A stretch of DNA of 64,000 nt from positions 23,050,795 through 23,114,794 of the forward strand of contig NC_092670.1 of the NCBI RefSeq assembly GCF_964355755.1, in the 5' to 3' direction. Each line of letters opens with the position of its first letter. Positions within the stretch are counted from its first letter, which is position 1. The translations under genes and the position numbers were made by a program. This stretch comes from Antedon mediterranea (lineage: Eukaryota; Animalia; Echinodermata). The notes beneath the pieces were generated by a model that did not search any database, had not been told where the DNA came from, and saw only the letters and a list, made by a program, of their open reading frames with translations. Positions 11,201-25,361 of this stretch are shown piece after piece.

Positions 11201-14200
11201 TCGTCACTACGGACGAGTTAGGTTATCCGCATCGCAAAAGCCACGCGCACGCCACACGTCAGAATATTGCCTGCAGAAAAACGATTATGCCATTGAAAAA
11301 AAAATTAGTGCGCTCTCTATTTTGCGTCACGTATAAGTATATACGGTATACGCTATATACTGTATAGGTACTACATACAGTGCAGAATAGGTGAAAATAA
11401 GTGACCAAAGTTACTGACGCTTTTGCACATGATGACGTCATAGAAATTTCAAAAAATGTGAATCATGCGAAAGATAATTGATTGACCTAGACAATATAAA
11501 AAAATGGAGGGAAATGGAATACGGATAAGTGGAGATGCGCTTTATTAAATGTGACGAGCTATGACGAAAGAGAAAAAAATCCTATATTTTATATTCGAGT
11601 GGCCATACGATGACGTCATAATGTTCGGTTAGCCATATTAATGCATGATTCGATAAATACAACTCATCTACTTCCAGAATATGTAATTTAAAAAAAGTTC
11701 ACCACGTAGTTTAGAATTTATTACTGTTTAAAAAAAGGCATAATTTTGACGAATTTCTTAACTTTTTTTTCAAAAATTCGCGCAAATTTTCAAATTCTAC
11801 GTGCTCGTATGACGTGATATTAAGTCGAAATTGTTTGAAAGCTGGTAAATTTTCTAAAAAAGACAGGAAAAACAAAAATCAATCAAAAAAATGATGTTTT
11901 TGCGCTACGTGCGCACGTGCGCGTAAAAAAATTGCGCACGCGTGGGAATTTTTGAAATGCTCAAAATGACATGAAACGCGTAGAAAGTTGATTAGATATT
12001 AATTTTTCGCATTTTAAAATTTTAAATACGCGTGCGCGCGTAACTTTTTATGAAACATGCCATTTTTAATCCATAGAAACTTTGCGCATTATATGACTTA
12101 AATTTTCACAAAGTTTCAATACAAAACGACTTTTAGTTTTTATTCTATGATCAATCATTGAAATTCACAAAATCGCGCGTAACTTACGCTGCGCGACTCG
12201 AAATTTGAAAAAAAAAGTTTCTTGCACATCTACAGCTACAGGGCAATCTTTTGACAAAGTTATACAATCATATGTTGGCCAGAATTAGAGATAGGCTGCG
12301 CACAAAAAATGGGGGAGAAGGATGTAAGGAAAGAAATAAATACTAGATTTGAACTCGTCACTACGGACGAGTTAGGTTATCCGCAGCGCAAAAGCCACGT
12401 GCACGTCGTACGTTAGAATATTGCGCGCAGATAAACGATGATGCCATTGAAACAATTTCAGTTTTCTCTCTATTTTGCGTCACGTCTAAGTATATACGGT
12501 ATACACTATAATTATACTCTATACGTACTACATACAGTGCAGAATAGGTGAAAATAAGTGACCAAAGTTATTGACGCTTTTGGACATGATGACGTCATCA
12601 CAATTTTTAAACTAATGAATCATGCGAAAGATAATTGATTGACTTAGACAATATAAAGAAATGGAGGGCAATGGAATACGGATAAGTGGAGATGCGCTCT
12701 ATTAAATGTTATGAGCTATACGAAAGAGAAAAAAATCCTATATTTTATATTTGAGTGGCCTTACGATGACGTCACAATGTCCAGTTAGTTATATTGATGC
12801 ATGATTCGATATCTACAACTCATCTACTTCCACAATATGTAATTTAAAAAAAGTTCACCACGTAGTTTAGAATCTATGACTTTTTAAAAAAAGGCATAAT
12901 TTTCACGATTTTTTTAACTTTTTCATCAAAAACGCGCGCAAATTGTTCAATTCTACGTGCTCGTATGACGTGATTTTAAGTCAAAATCCATTGAAAATTG
13001 TTAAATTTACTAGAAAAGGCTGAAAAAACAAAAATCAAGCAAAAAAAATATGTTTTTGCGCTACGTGCGCACGCGCGCGTAAAAAAATGCGCGCTGGTGG
13101 GAATTTTTGAAATGCTCAAAATGACCTGAAACGCGTAGAAAATTGATTAGAAATTGATTTTTCGCAATTTGAAATTTTACACGCGCGTGCGCGCGTAACT
13201 TTTTTTGCAAACTGCCATTTTTAATCTACAGAAAGTTTTCGCTTTATATGACTTAAATTTTCACCAAGTTTCAATACAAAATGACTTTTGGTTTTTAATC
13301 TATGATCAATAATTGAAATTCATAAAATCGCGCGTAACTTACGCTGCGCGACTCGAAATTTGAAAAAAAAAGTTTCTTGCACATCTACAGATATAGGGCA
13401 ATCTTTTGACAAAGTTATACAATCTTCTGTTGGCTAGAATTAGAGATACGCTGCCCACAAAAAATGGGAGAGAAGTGTGGAAAGAAAGAAATAAATACTA
13501 GATTTGAACTCGTCACTACGGACGAGTTAGGTTATCCGCAGAGCAAAAGCCACGTGCACGTCATACGTTAGAATATTGCGCAGAGAAAAACATTATGCCA
13601 TTGAAAAAATGTTAGTGCGCTCTCTATTTTACGTAACGTCTAATTATACACGGTATACACTATATATTGTATACGTACTACATACAGTGAAGAATATGTG
13701 AAAATAAGTGGCCCAAGTTATTGACGCTTTTGGACATGATGACGTCATCACAATTTTAAAAACTGTATATCATGCGAAAGATAATTGATTGGCATAGACA
13801 ATATAAAAAAATGGGGGGAAATGGAATTTGGATAAGTGGAGATGCGCTCTATTAAATGTGATGAGCTATGACGAAAGAGACAAAAATCCTATATTTTATA
13901 TTTGAGTGGCCATACGATGACGTCACTATGTCCTGTTAGCCATATCGATGCATGATTCGATATCTACAACTCATCAACTTACAGAATGTGTAATTTAAAA
14001 AAAGTTCACCTCGTAGTTTACAATCTATGACTGTTTTAAAAAAGGCATAATTTTGACAAATTTTTGAACTTTTTCTTCAAAAACGCGCGCAAATTGTTCA
14101 ATTCTACGTGCTCGTATGACGTGATTTTAAGTCGAAATTGATTGAAAATTGGTAAATTTACTAGAAAAGGCTGAAAAAACAAAAATCAAGCAAAAAAAAG

Positions 14201-14315
14201 ATGCTTCTGCGCTACGTGCGCACGCGCGCGTGAAAAAAATGCGCACGCTTGGGAATTTTTGAAATGCTTAAAATGCCCTGAAACGCGTAGAAAGTTGATT
14301 AGAAATGGATATTTT
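4735..14315 (-). repeat. Array 1 of head-to-tail ~1.15-1.2 kb non-autonomous Helentron (HINE/DINE-1-like) units
   Basis: Marker ctagatttgaactcgtcac at 5936, 7091, 8323, 9961, 11189, 12343 and 13498 (degenerate at ~4735). Units end (plus strand) either in polyA-gatcctgacaataacaaggggttatccgccaagtgcggataaccaa (type A) or in gggagagaagtgtgtaaagaaagaaataaata (type B). The unit at 8323 is a longer variant (type C). The last unit is truncated at ~14315. Confidence 0.9.
13498..13539 (-). terminator. Helentron 3' terminus: subterminal IR + stem-loop + CTAG (representative copy)
   Basis: Minus strand reads GCGGATAACC-T-AACTCGTC-cgtagt-GACGAGTT-CAAAT-CTAG, followed by T. Repeated at each unit junction; the variants I saw fall in the loop or extend the stem. 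Confidence 0.8.
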
Positions 14316-14483
14316 TGCGCGTTTCTTCTTTATTTGTGCATTTCGTTTTATATTTTCACGTTTTCTTTTGTTTATATGCGATTCCTTCTTTAATTGTGTG
14401 ATTTCTTCTTTAATTGTGTGATTCCTTCCTTAATTGTGTGAATATGATTTATATAGTGTGCGTGACAGTCGTGGGCCACCGTA
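14316..14483 (-). mobile_element. One end of a different, probably TA-targeting non-autonomous DNA transposon with ~20-bp subterminal repeats
   Basis: Abruptly replaces the core unit at ~14315. Contains (gattccttctttaattgtgt)x3 and ends ...gacagtcgtgggccaccg|TA. No matching second end found in the window. Confidence 0.35.
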
Positions 14484-14719
14484 TAAAACAGAATATAACT
14501 GTATTTATGAAATATTCTAAATATGTTATACAGTGTAGGAAAGATTAAATTACGAGACTTATTTTTTAATTCAATTTTTAACTTGAAGGAATCATGAAAA
14601 TGTAATATAAAATAGTAATTTAAATCTAGTATTTTGTGCTGCCACCTAGCATAGTTTTTTTTTTCACTTCTGGTCAACATGTATCATGTATGCATCCTCT
14701 GTCTGCTGAAAGTAGACAA

Positions 14720-14940
14720 TACGCGCATGCGCGAGAGTAGTTCGGGTTAAGCCACGCCCATTTATGTAAATTACCCACGTTCGTCATGGAAAAAAAAATT
14801 GGACGGGGGTAAATGTGATATATTTTATGTTGTGATTGGGTATTTAGTTATTTGGTAATGACTGAACATGCGCACTTTATTTTTATATTGAGTATTTGAT
14901 TGGTTAAAAATTTCCATATATGACGTTGTTGCATAAAAGT
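14720..14940 (+). promoter_or_regulatory. Putative promoter of the OB-fold gene
   Basis: NRF1-like palindrome cgcgcatgcgcg (14722-14733), Sp/KLF-like gccacgccc (14751), two inverted CCAAT boxes (gattgg ~14834, ~14898) and tgacgt, all within ~280 bp upstream of ATG 15000. Partly conserved upstream of the decayed copy (23030-23160). Confidence 0.5.
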
Positions 14941-14999
14941 TAAGATAGAGTAAAGTAGTTAGTTGGAAAGTCAATGTAAAGTCAAGGTGTTGGGAAAGG

Positions 15000-17900
15000 A
15001 TGTCGAAAGTACGGAAGATTTACATAGTCGAAAAATTCGAAAGGAGGGAATCTTCCAAGGGGCGGAGATCCTTCGGTGTTGGTTCAGTATTGGAATGTGG
15101 CGATACAGAAGTAAGGAATTGCTTTATAAATGAGACAGAAAGTGTAGTAGCAGAACGGTTATATAACTTAGAAGTGGGAACAAAGGTTATGATAACCGAA
15201 GTGAAACCGAGCCTTGATAATAATTCGTTGAAATTAACAGACAAATCTAAGGTATGCAATTAATGTATTTTTTATTAAATTATTATTATTATTATTGTTT
15301 ATTTAATAGGTCTATGTCTATGTTGATATAAAATAGAATCCGTGCGTCACTATTGTTCTTAAAAAACTAAAACGGTACTTATATATAATTATGATCCATG
15401 ATAACAATTATAATACAATGTCATTTAATTAGATTTAGAAACCAGTTGATAACAATTGAATAATAAATAATAAACAGACGTTATTAACAGAATAGGGAGA
15501 AGAAATTGTTTATTATAAATTAATTTACTCATTGATTGTTTATTTAAATTTTGTCATGAAATTTGCAATTTGTAGCCTAGGCTATTGTTTATAACATTAA
15601 AAAAACATTTAAATTGACAAAATTATGATTGAGTATAATTCTTCTGAGTGTTAGGTCTATGTCATATTGCCAGTATAGGTTAATTGTAAATTCTGCTTTG
15701 TAAATACAATTTTCTGTTCAAGTACAAATTGAAGTAAGAAATTACGAAACTGTGGTAGGTGTATATATATTTTATTTTAACCAAACTTTTTCTTTTGTGA
15801 TTTTAAGGTTTTGACAAACATTGCTGATTTTGATGTTAATATAGAAGTTGTTCGTAATTTTATCAGACCACCGACAGTGTCAATGTCAGCAGCTAGGGGA
15901 AGCCCGAAGAAAACGAGGCTATCTTTGAATGGGACAGTAATGAAGGTAACATTTTCTTTTGATTTAATCTGGGGTTAGGCTTATAGCACAGTTGTGAAAT
16001 TATGAGCTAGTTTCGTTTCGTACCTTACTTTTATTTCGACTCTAAATTTGTTAAGGAAAAGTAACAAATAAATCCTTTAAATTGAGTGATTTTCAGACGT
16101 GTTTTTTGCACATGATTTGTAAATTTCCCTAATTGACATTTCTATGGAGCGCCAAAAAAGCAACTATAATATAGGGCTAAAAAAATCAGTGGAATTCGTA
16201 TGTTTAATACATCTATTGATGAAAATTACGTTCAATTTCAAAACAATTTAGTCAATTTCAATACAACTAAAATGTTACTCTTTATTAACTTTGAAGAATA
16301 AAAATCGACAAATTCATAATAATAAGGTGTACTGAGGTTTATATACCTCAATGATTTACATAATATACTTTTTAGTCTTAGTCCCGGGCATAGACTAATT
16401 AGTTATGCTGATTTAGGGTCGGTTAATGTTTTTTGAAAACAGTACATTCTCAGAAGTAACATGTTACAACATTTTTATTGGGAAAAAAAATGGAAATCAA
16501 AACGTGTATTTCATAAATAGATGCATAAAAAGTAGACGCATTCCACTGAGTTTTAAACCTCTATTATAGTTTCTCTTTTGGTGCTCCATATAAACGAAAA
16601 TATTGAAGTTTGTGTATACAAAATTCGAAATTTACACGTTAGTAAAATCATTAAAACATTTTATTTGTTACTTTTTATGTGATTTTTCATACAAGTACTT
16701 TGAGCCTCAATTGTAAGGTGTGGTATTTATAATAAGTTACTTAACAAGTTTGAAGTTGAAATAAAAACAGGTGCTTAAAGGAACTAGCGACGTTATGAAC
16801 AGTTATAACTTTCGTACTTTGTTTAGACTTGAGGATGAATGAATTTATATTATCATATTAGGATGCTTTATTTAGATACTCATTAATCAGTTTTACTATG
16901 CAATATGATGGAATATGATAAATAAACATTTGTTGTTTATCATATTAAAGTAATGTATAGATATTCACCAGTAGTATAAATTACTTAAATTATAATTATA
17001 AACTATTAGACTATTAGTGTAGGTCTATTATAATTTGAAAATTGTTAATTTGGTAATATAATTTTAATAATCAATTACTAGATTAAAAGAAACCCAAAAA
17101 TATATAATATAGCACCAGTTTTAACATCACATGCCTTTGTTGTTTTTTTGGTTGGTTTAGGTTGGTGAACTTTACGAAACACAAAAGTATAAAAGAAGAT
17201 TGTTGACATTAGGCAGTAGCCCAGATAATTGTATCGACGTAGTTTTGTGGGGGGAGACCGCCTCAAATGTGTCAAGTGATATGAAAAATCAAGAACTAAC
17301 CCTATCAGCACTAGTAATGGAAGACAAAGAGTTGAGAAGTACTCCATCAACAGTGTTGGAGGTATGCATTTTTTTTTATTACTTTTTGGTAAATGAATAT
17401 GTAACAGTGGTTTTGTTTTTAGAATGAAAACAACATTGATATCATATTGAATAAATGTATAGAAAGTATTATAGTGCCAATATCTATCAATAGCTTGGGA
17501 AGTCATATTGAAACATTGGAATATTTTGTTAGAAATTATTTATAGGTTGTTTGAAAGTAATGTGTGATAGTGTTGTCTTAACTCAAAAAAGGAATAAAAA
17601 AACATAATATTTGTATATTGTTTTATATTTAGGTTATTTTTGTGAGAGATAAATATCAATTAGTTGTGTATATGTTGTAGATAAGGTTATTTTATATGTG
17701 TATTAAATCATAACCAATGTTCAATATATTTCATTTGATTTTTTTGTGCTGTAGGCTGGCGGAGTTAATTCAGTTGATGGTGTAATTGTGGCTGTAGGAG
17801 ACGAAAGTGATGGGTATGTACTTTTTTGTATTGTTTAAATTGTTTATATTATATTTGGTGATTGTGATATAATTGACTTTGAAAAAATAATTTTTCCAAA

Positions 17901-18344
17901 AAAAATTGTGTTCAATATGTCATTTTAATATGAAATAATAGTTTAATGAAATTGGTGAAAAAAGTTATTTACCTAAAAATACCATAATTTAAGGCAAAAA
18001 TAGTCAAAATGGTTGCTTTTGGTTAAGATGTGAAGATTTTGTTTCTTCTTTTTTTTATGAAAGTGATTACTTTCATTAAAGTCTAATGTTAATAATTTTT
18101 TTTTTCTAATAATTTTTCATGTATTTGGGGGACAATGCATCTTTAAAATATTACATTTTATATCTATTTTGATTATTATAATGATTGTTTTGATTGCAGG
18201 TATCCTGTTGACATGTACATGGAAAATGATTCTCTACTACAAATACCAGAAGATCTACATTTTGATTTCAACGTTAATTTGCCATGTCGTGTGAATTATT
18301 CTGCTAATAGTTTTGGGTGTATTACCGATATTCAATTTTTGTAA
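15000..18344 (+). CDS. Spliced 5-exon gene, 264 aa, OB-fold / RPA70-like putative ssDNA-binding protein
   Basis: Exons 15000-15251, 15808-15945, 17161-17361, 17755-17813 and 18200-18344. All introns are GT-AG (phases 0,0,0,2) and join into one stop-free frame: MSKVRKIYIVEKFERRE...LKLTDKSK/VLTNIADF...RLSLNGTVMK/VGELYETQKYKRRLLTLG...IDVVLWGETA...LRSTPSTVLE/AGGVNSVDGVIVAVGDESDG/YPVDMY...ITDIQFL*. The pattern GxVxxVG...KRxLxL...VVLWGE...STxxTxxE resembles RPA1 OB folds (by eye). Confidence 0.75.
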
Positions 18345-18565
18345 GGTAACAGTTGTTTGCAAGTTTGTTTTAATGTGTTTTTATTTTATATATTTGTTGA
18401 AAAGTAAATTTAATGAGTTTGTACTTAAAATCATTAAATTTACTTTTATTATTTATTAATATACTGAATTAACATTGATTATTTAATAGACATATATGAT
18501 AATCTTATCTACAAAATATACAATGCTAATTAATATTTTTTTAAAGTAATAAAAGAAATACATAC

Positions 18566-19005
18566 CTCCAACACTATTGAAGGGTAGTTCTTAACTCCTT
18601 TTCTTCCATTATAAGTGCTGATATTGTTAATTTGATTTGTCATAGCACCCGACAGACCCAAGGTTGCTTCCCCCCCCCTCCACCATATAACTACGTCGAT
18701 ACAATTAAGTAGGGTAATGCCTAATGTCAACACTTTTTTTATATTTTGGTGTTTCATAAGGTATATATTAATTGCGTACCTTAGATTTGTTTGTCAACCT
18801 CAACGAATTATTATCAAGAGTTGGTTTAAATTTGGTTATCATAACTTTCCTTCCCACTTCTAACATGAATAATTGTTTTGCTACTACACCTTCTGTCTCA
18901 TTTATATAGCAATTTTTTTACTTTGGTATTATTACTTTAAGTTATTGAACCAACACTGAATATCTCCACTTCTTGAAGATTCCCTCTGTTCAAATTTTTC
19001 AATTA
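18566..19005 (-). pseudogene. Inverted, internally deleted copy of the OB-fold gene (exon 1 joined through ~20 nt of intron to exon 3)
   Basis: The reverse complement matches exon 1 (gaaaaatttgaacagagggaatcttc...aaatctaag|gt) then exon 3 (ttgacattaggca...tgtatcgacgtagtt...gtgttggag|gtatgt), with frameshifts. Confidence 0.8.
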
Positions 19006-19149
19006 TAATTTTATCAATTTAAATGTTTAAAAAACAATATATTATAAACCAACTAACCTACAAAGTTTAATAAACACTGGATATTAAAAACTTGAAATCT
19101 GAAATGTCTTTTCAATTTTTAAGTAATCAATTTCAGTAAATTTTTTTTT

Positions 19150-21260
19150 TTAAATGCTGTATTTTGTTTCTAAATGAGGTAAATGATTAATGTAAATTTA
19201 ATAATTTTGTATTTATAATCAGTGTAATTTGCTGCTAATTTAGATAACTGTAAATTTTTTATTATAATCTTTGTATTTTGTTGTTAATTAAAATAATTTA
19301 AAATTAGTGTAAATGAGTTAAATGAATAATATAAATATATTATTTTTGTATTATATAAATTTATTAAATTATAAATGAAAAAATTTAAATTTATATTAAT
19401 TATTTATATTCATTAACAATAAATTACACTAACTATAAATACAACATGTAGGCTTCATGAAATATTTATTAGCAGCAAATTACACTGATTATAAACATAA
19501 AAACATTAAATTAACATTAATGATTTAACTCATTTAGCAACAAGTCACTGATTTTGAGTAGAAAATCATTAAATTTACATTAATTATTTATTTAAACTAG
19601 TGCCAAACTCAACTGATTATAAATACAAAATAATATCAATATGTTAAAGGGTGGTCTTACCATAGAGATATTATGTATAGTGAACTATAATATCTCTATG
19701 GTCTTATCTGTTATCTCTTTAATTTTGTTTACATTTTATTTAGCCTTGAACATTACCAAAACAACCACACAATTTGGTAAAAAACAGAAATTATGCATTA
19801 TAACATCCCCTGAAATTACCTGTTTTTGTTTGACATCATGTTGCCCTTACATGGAAATCAAGATAAATTTAATAATTTTGTATTTATAATCAGTGTAATT
19901 TGCTGCTAATTTAGATAAACAATTTAAATTTTGTATTATAATCTTTGTACTTTGTTATTAATTAAGATAATTTAAAATCAGTGTAAATTGTTGGTAAATG
20001 AGTTAAATAATGATGTAAATATAATAATTTTGTATTTATACAAATTTATTAAATTATAAATACACTAATTATAATACAAAAAAGCAAAACTGATTATAAA
20101 TACAAAATAACATCAATTGAAGGGTGGTCTTTTCTGTTTAATTTAGTTTATATTTTATTTAGCCTTAAACATTACCAAAACAACCACACAATTTGGTAAA
20201 AAAAACCCAGAAATTATGCATTAAAAAATCCCTTAAATTAGCTGTTTTTGTTTGACATCATGCTGCCATTATGTGGAAATCCATGTAAATTTAATAGTTC
20301 TGTATTTATAATCAGTGTAATTTGCTGATAATTAAGATTAACAATGTAAATTTTGTATTATAATATTTGTAGTTTGTTGTTAAGATAATTAAAAATCATT
20401 GTAAATTTGGGTTAAATGAAAAATATAAATACAACAAATATTCAAAATAAACTGATTATAAATATAAAATAATATCAATATGTTGAAGGGTGGTCTTACC
20501 TGTTTAATTTAGTTTACATTTTATTTAATCTTAAATGTTATGCGAAAACCAACCGGATTTTTGGGTACATAAACAAATTGTTATGTATCCATCTCCATGA
20601 TATAAGCAGAAATAATTAATTTTGTTTGTTTGTTTTTTTACTAAATTCAATAAAAACTCCATACAAATTCTACAAGCTCAACTGTTGTAATTTGCTGCTA
20701 ATTAAGATAAATGATTAATGTAATTTTGATAATTTTGTATTTATAATCAGTGTAATTTGTTGCTAATAAATATTTATTGTAAATTTTGTATTTATAATTA
20801 GTGTAATTTATTGCTAATTAGTATAAATAAATAATGTAAATTTGAATATTTTTAATTATTAATCTAAATATATAATGATTTTGTATTTATAATCAATGTT
20901 TTTTTTTTTTGCTAATTACAGTAGATTAAATGTAAATTGAAATCATGTTGTTTAATCAGTGTAATTTGCTGCTAATTAAGATAAATAATGTAAATGTTGT
21001 ATTTAATCAGTGTAATTTTTTTTGGTAAATAGTTAAATGATTAAAGTATGATGTGAATTTGTTTATTTTTTGTACTTTGTTGTTAATTAAGATAATTGAA
21101 ATCAGTGGTAAATGAGTTAAATGAATAATATAAATGTAAATATAATAATGTTGTATTTATAATCATTGTAATTTGTTGCTAATTAAGATAAATAATTATT
21201 TTAATCATGTTTGCACAAGATAACTATTAAATGTCATTATGATATGATTTAATTGTTTTA
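19150..21260. repeat. AT-rich degenerate minisatellite (tttgtatttataatcagtgtaatttgctgctaattaagataaa), in both orientations
   Basis: Dozens of degenerate copies; inverted copies at ~19420-19640 and 20060-20110. The same motif recurs at 22560-22890. Confidence 0.8.
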
Positions 21261-23252
21261 GTCATTTTTTTTATTTTATTTCATTTTATGTAAGCCGCTA
21301 GTCTTTACACAGTTATGGGGAAAATGGTAAAATCAGCATTGTGGTCATATGATGTTACAAGAGTTTTGCAAAATCAGCACATCGTGGGGCGCGTCAAACT
21401 GTTCGTTAATAGGCTTGTTTTATGGTAAAACCTTTTAACTACCCGATAAGCTAACAATTTCAAGTTTTGCTAAATAGTGTAAAACCAGGTGGGTATAATA
21501 AACTAATAGCTAAAGGGTCAGTATCAATCTTACCAACGTCGAGAAAAGCCGACAATGGAAAATGTCGTCTAGTCACCAATGTCGAGAAAGACCTTTCATT
21601 TGGTAGAAACATTAGTTACTGTAAATGGAAAAAAGTTTTAACATGCACTTTGGTGAATGAGATATAAAAGTGTTTTTATTTTGAATAGTTGTGTTCTCTA
21701 TACTGCTTATAACATAAATATGTAATATTTAGATTGAAAACAAAAAAAATATATATTGAAAAAAAAAAGAAAATTGAAAAAAAAGAAAAATTGTTTTGGG
21801 GCATTTTTTTTTTATATAACCATGAATCTAAAAAAAAAAATTAAAATGTAGCTTATTTAATAAGAATCATTTTTTCATATACTAACAGAAAGTGGTTTAA
21901 ATTGTCAACAAAGGGAACTGTTTTTAAAAACGAGAAAAAATAATTAAAATAAAAAAGAATGCGTTTTAATGTGAATTGTGCTTAAAAAGAATCCGGTATG
22001 ATAAGGCCGTGCTATTTATGTTATATTTTATGCCTAATAATTATCTAAATAGATTCGCGTATACACTCATCATGTTTGATTATTTTTATGTAACGATTGT
22101 TTTTTTTTATTCAAGTCATATTGTGTCAAATTTTACTTTTACAAAAGTGCCCAAACTGTTGGAAAGTTGTGCATCCGTATGCGTCATATTTTAAAAATGA
22201 GAATGACAGTCTTCAACTTTCGATAAACAATAAATTATATTGTTATAGCGACACTTATATTAGCAACGTACAGACTTTTCTCTGAGCGGCGTGGCAAAAA
22301 AATGTTTGACATTCCATTCTCTATGAAATCAACACGTGTACTTCTCTTCCCAATAAACTGAACAGCGATAAAGTTCATTGACTGGCGGTGAATAAAAGGT
22401 AACTGATATGCCGATCAAATAACATGTGGGGTTGTTTTGGTATTGTTTAAGCATGGACGTATAATTTAGATATAGGTCCAAGGTTTAAGGCTAAATAAAA
22501 TGTAAATTAAATTAAACAGAAAACAGATAAGACCATCCTTTAACATATTTATATTATTTTGTATTCATAATCAGTTTAGTTTGGTGCTAGTTATAATAAA
22601 TAATTAATGTAAATTTAATGATTTTGTACTTATCATCAGTGTAATTTGTTGCTAAATGGGTTAAATGATTAATGTAAAGTTAATGTTTGTATATTTATAA
22701 TCAGTGTAATTTGCTACTAATAAATAATTAAATTTTGTATTATAATTAGTGTAATTTATTGGTAATGAAGATAAACAATGTAAATTTGAATAATTTTCGT
22801 ATTTATAATTATTGTAATTTATTGATAATTTAAATTAATTATTAATGTCAATTTAATGATTTTTTATTTATAATCTGTAATTTTTTGCAAATTACGAGAC
22901 CCCTTTTTTAATCTAATTTTTAATTTGAAGGCATGATCAAAATGTAATATAAAAATAGCAATTTAAATCTAGTATTTTGTGCTGCCACTTAGCATAGTTT
23001 TTTTTTTCACTGCTCGTCACCATATCGGGTAAATGTGATATACTTTACGTTGTGATTGGACATTTAGTTACTATTTTTGGTAATGACTGAACATGCGCAC
23101 TTTATTGTTATATTGATCATTTGATTGGTTAAAAAATGTCCATCAATGACGCTCATGCGCAAAAGTTGCGGTATAGTAGGTACGTAAACTAGTTAGTTAG
23201 TTGGATCAGAAAGTCAATGTGAAGCCAAGGTGTATGGATTGTCGAGAGAGGG

Positions 23253-25140
23253 ATGTCGAAAATACGTAAATTGTATAGGCCTAGGCCTAGTCGAAAAATT
23301 TGAACGGAGGGAATCTTCCAAGAAGGAGCGGAGATCCTCGGTGTTGGTTCAGTGTTCGAATGTGGCGATACCAAAGTAAAGTATTGCTATATAATTTATA
23401 AATGAGATAGCATGCAGAACGATTATTCATGTTAGAAGTGGGAAGAAGAGTTATTTTATGATAACCGAAGTTAAACGAAGTCTTGATATTGATAAACATT
23501 CGTTGAGGTTGACAAATCTAAGGTATGGAATTATTATTAATATTAATGTATATTTTTTGTTATTATAGGCCTAGGCCTATTTGTTTATTTAATTTACAAA
23601 AGTGCCATTTATTTGTTATTAGGCCTAGCTAGGTCCTAGCTAGGCTACGTCTAGGTCTATGTATGTTAATATAAAATAAAATCAGTTAAAAAACTAAGAC
23701 GGTACCTAAATACTTAACCATGTTAACAATTATAATAGTGTAATACAATGTCATTTAATAAGATGTAGAAACCAGTTGATATATATAAATAATTGAATAA
23801 TAAACAGACGTTGTTAAAGGAATAGGGAGGAGTAATTGTTTTTTGAGGGGAAGGACATTTCAGTCTTGAATTTTCTAATATCCGGTGTTTATTTAAACTT
23901 TGTCATCATGGAATTTGCAATTTGTAGGCTAGTTGGAGGCCATATGGTAGGCCTAGGCCTATCTATATATAACATTGAAATAACATTTAAATTGATAATA
24001 TTATAATTGAAGTATAATTGTTATGCCATATTGCCAGTATAATTGTAAATTCTGAGTTGTATGATTTTTTTTTTTAATAAATAAAATTTTCTGATGTTTG
24101 TTCATCAAATACAAATTGAAGTAAGAAATGACCAACCTGTGGAGTGTGGTGGTGTAAGCCTAGACCGCCTATATACATATTTTGTTTTAATGATTATTTT
24201 TCTTTTGTGTTAATAGGTCTTTACAAATATTGCTGATTTTAATGTCAATATGGAAGTTGTTCGTAATTTTGTCAGACTATCGACGGTGTCAATGTCAACA
24301 GCTAGGGGAAGCCCGAAGAAAACAGGGCTATCTTTGAATGGGACATTATAGAAGGTAATATTTTCTTTTGATTTAATCTAGGCCTAGGCTTATGTAGCAC
24401 AGTTAGTTTAATGAACGGCGCTAGTTTCGTTTCGTACCTGAATTTTATTTCGACTCCAAATTTGTTAAGAAACTTTTTCCTGAATACCACACCTTCGAAT
24501 TAGACCTCATATATACTTTTACGATGTAGAGTTACAGAAAAAGTAACAAATAAATCCTTTAAATTGATGAATTTACGACGTGTTTCTTGCACATGATTTG
24601 TCAATTTTGCATATATTGACGTTTTTATGGAGCGCCAAAAGAGCCACTATAATAGAAGGCTAAAAGTCAGTGAAATGTGTATAGGCTATTCCTATTTAAT
24701 GCATCTATAGTTTAATAAAATTGGAGAAAAAAGTTATTTACCTAAAAATAATGTAATTTAAGGCAAAAATAATCAAAATGGTTGCTTTTGGTTAAGATGT
24801 GAAAATCTTGTTTTTTTAAATTTTTTTATGGAAGTGATTACTTCATTAAAACTACAAACTGGGCTATTTAAAGTCTGATGTTAATAACCTTTTTTTTTTT
24901 TTTAAATAATTTTTCATGTATTTGGGGGACAATGCATCTTTAAAATAGTATTTTATATCTATTTTGATTATTATAATGATTGTTTTGATTGCAGGTATCC
25001 TGTTGACATGTTAATGGAAAATGATGCTCTCTCTACTACACATACCAGAAGATCTACACTTTGATTTCAATGTTAATTTGCCATGTCGTGTGAATTATTA
25101 TTATAGTTTTGGGTGTATTACTGATATTCAATTTTTGTAA
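23253..25140 (+). pseudogene. Decayed direct copy of the OB-fold gene (exons 1, 2 and 5 present; exons 3-4 deleted)
   Basis: ATG 23253; exon 1 carries ggccta insertions, frameshifts and a stop. Exon 2 at ~24217-24354, exon 5 at ~24995-25140 with indels. Confidence 0.85.
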
Positions 25141-25361
25141 GGTAACAGTTCTTTGCAAGTTTGTTTTAATGCGTTTTTATTTTATATATTTGTTGAAAAG
25201 TAAATTTAATGATTTTGTACTTAAAATCATTAAATTTACTTTTATTATTTATTAATATACTGAATTAACATTGATTATTTAATAGACATATATGATAATC
25301 TTATCTACAAAATATACAATGCTAATTAATATTTTTTTAAAGTAATAAAGGAAATACATAC

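Noticed and set aside
18566-19005. Processed (retro) pseudogene of the OB gene
   Set aside because: It retains the exon-1 donor and intron bases and skips exon 2 with a non-splice junction, so it is a DNA-level deletion.
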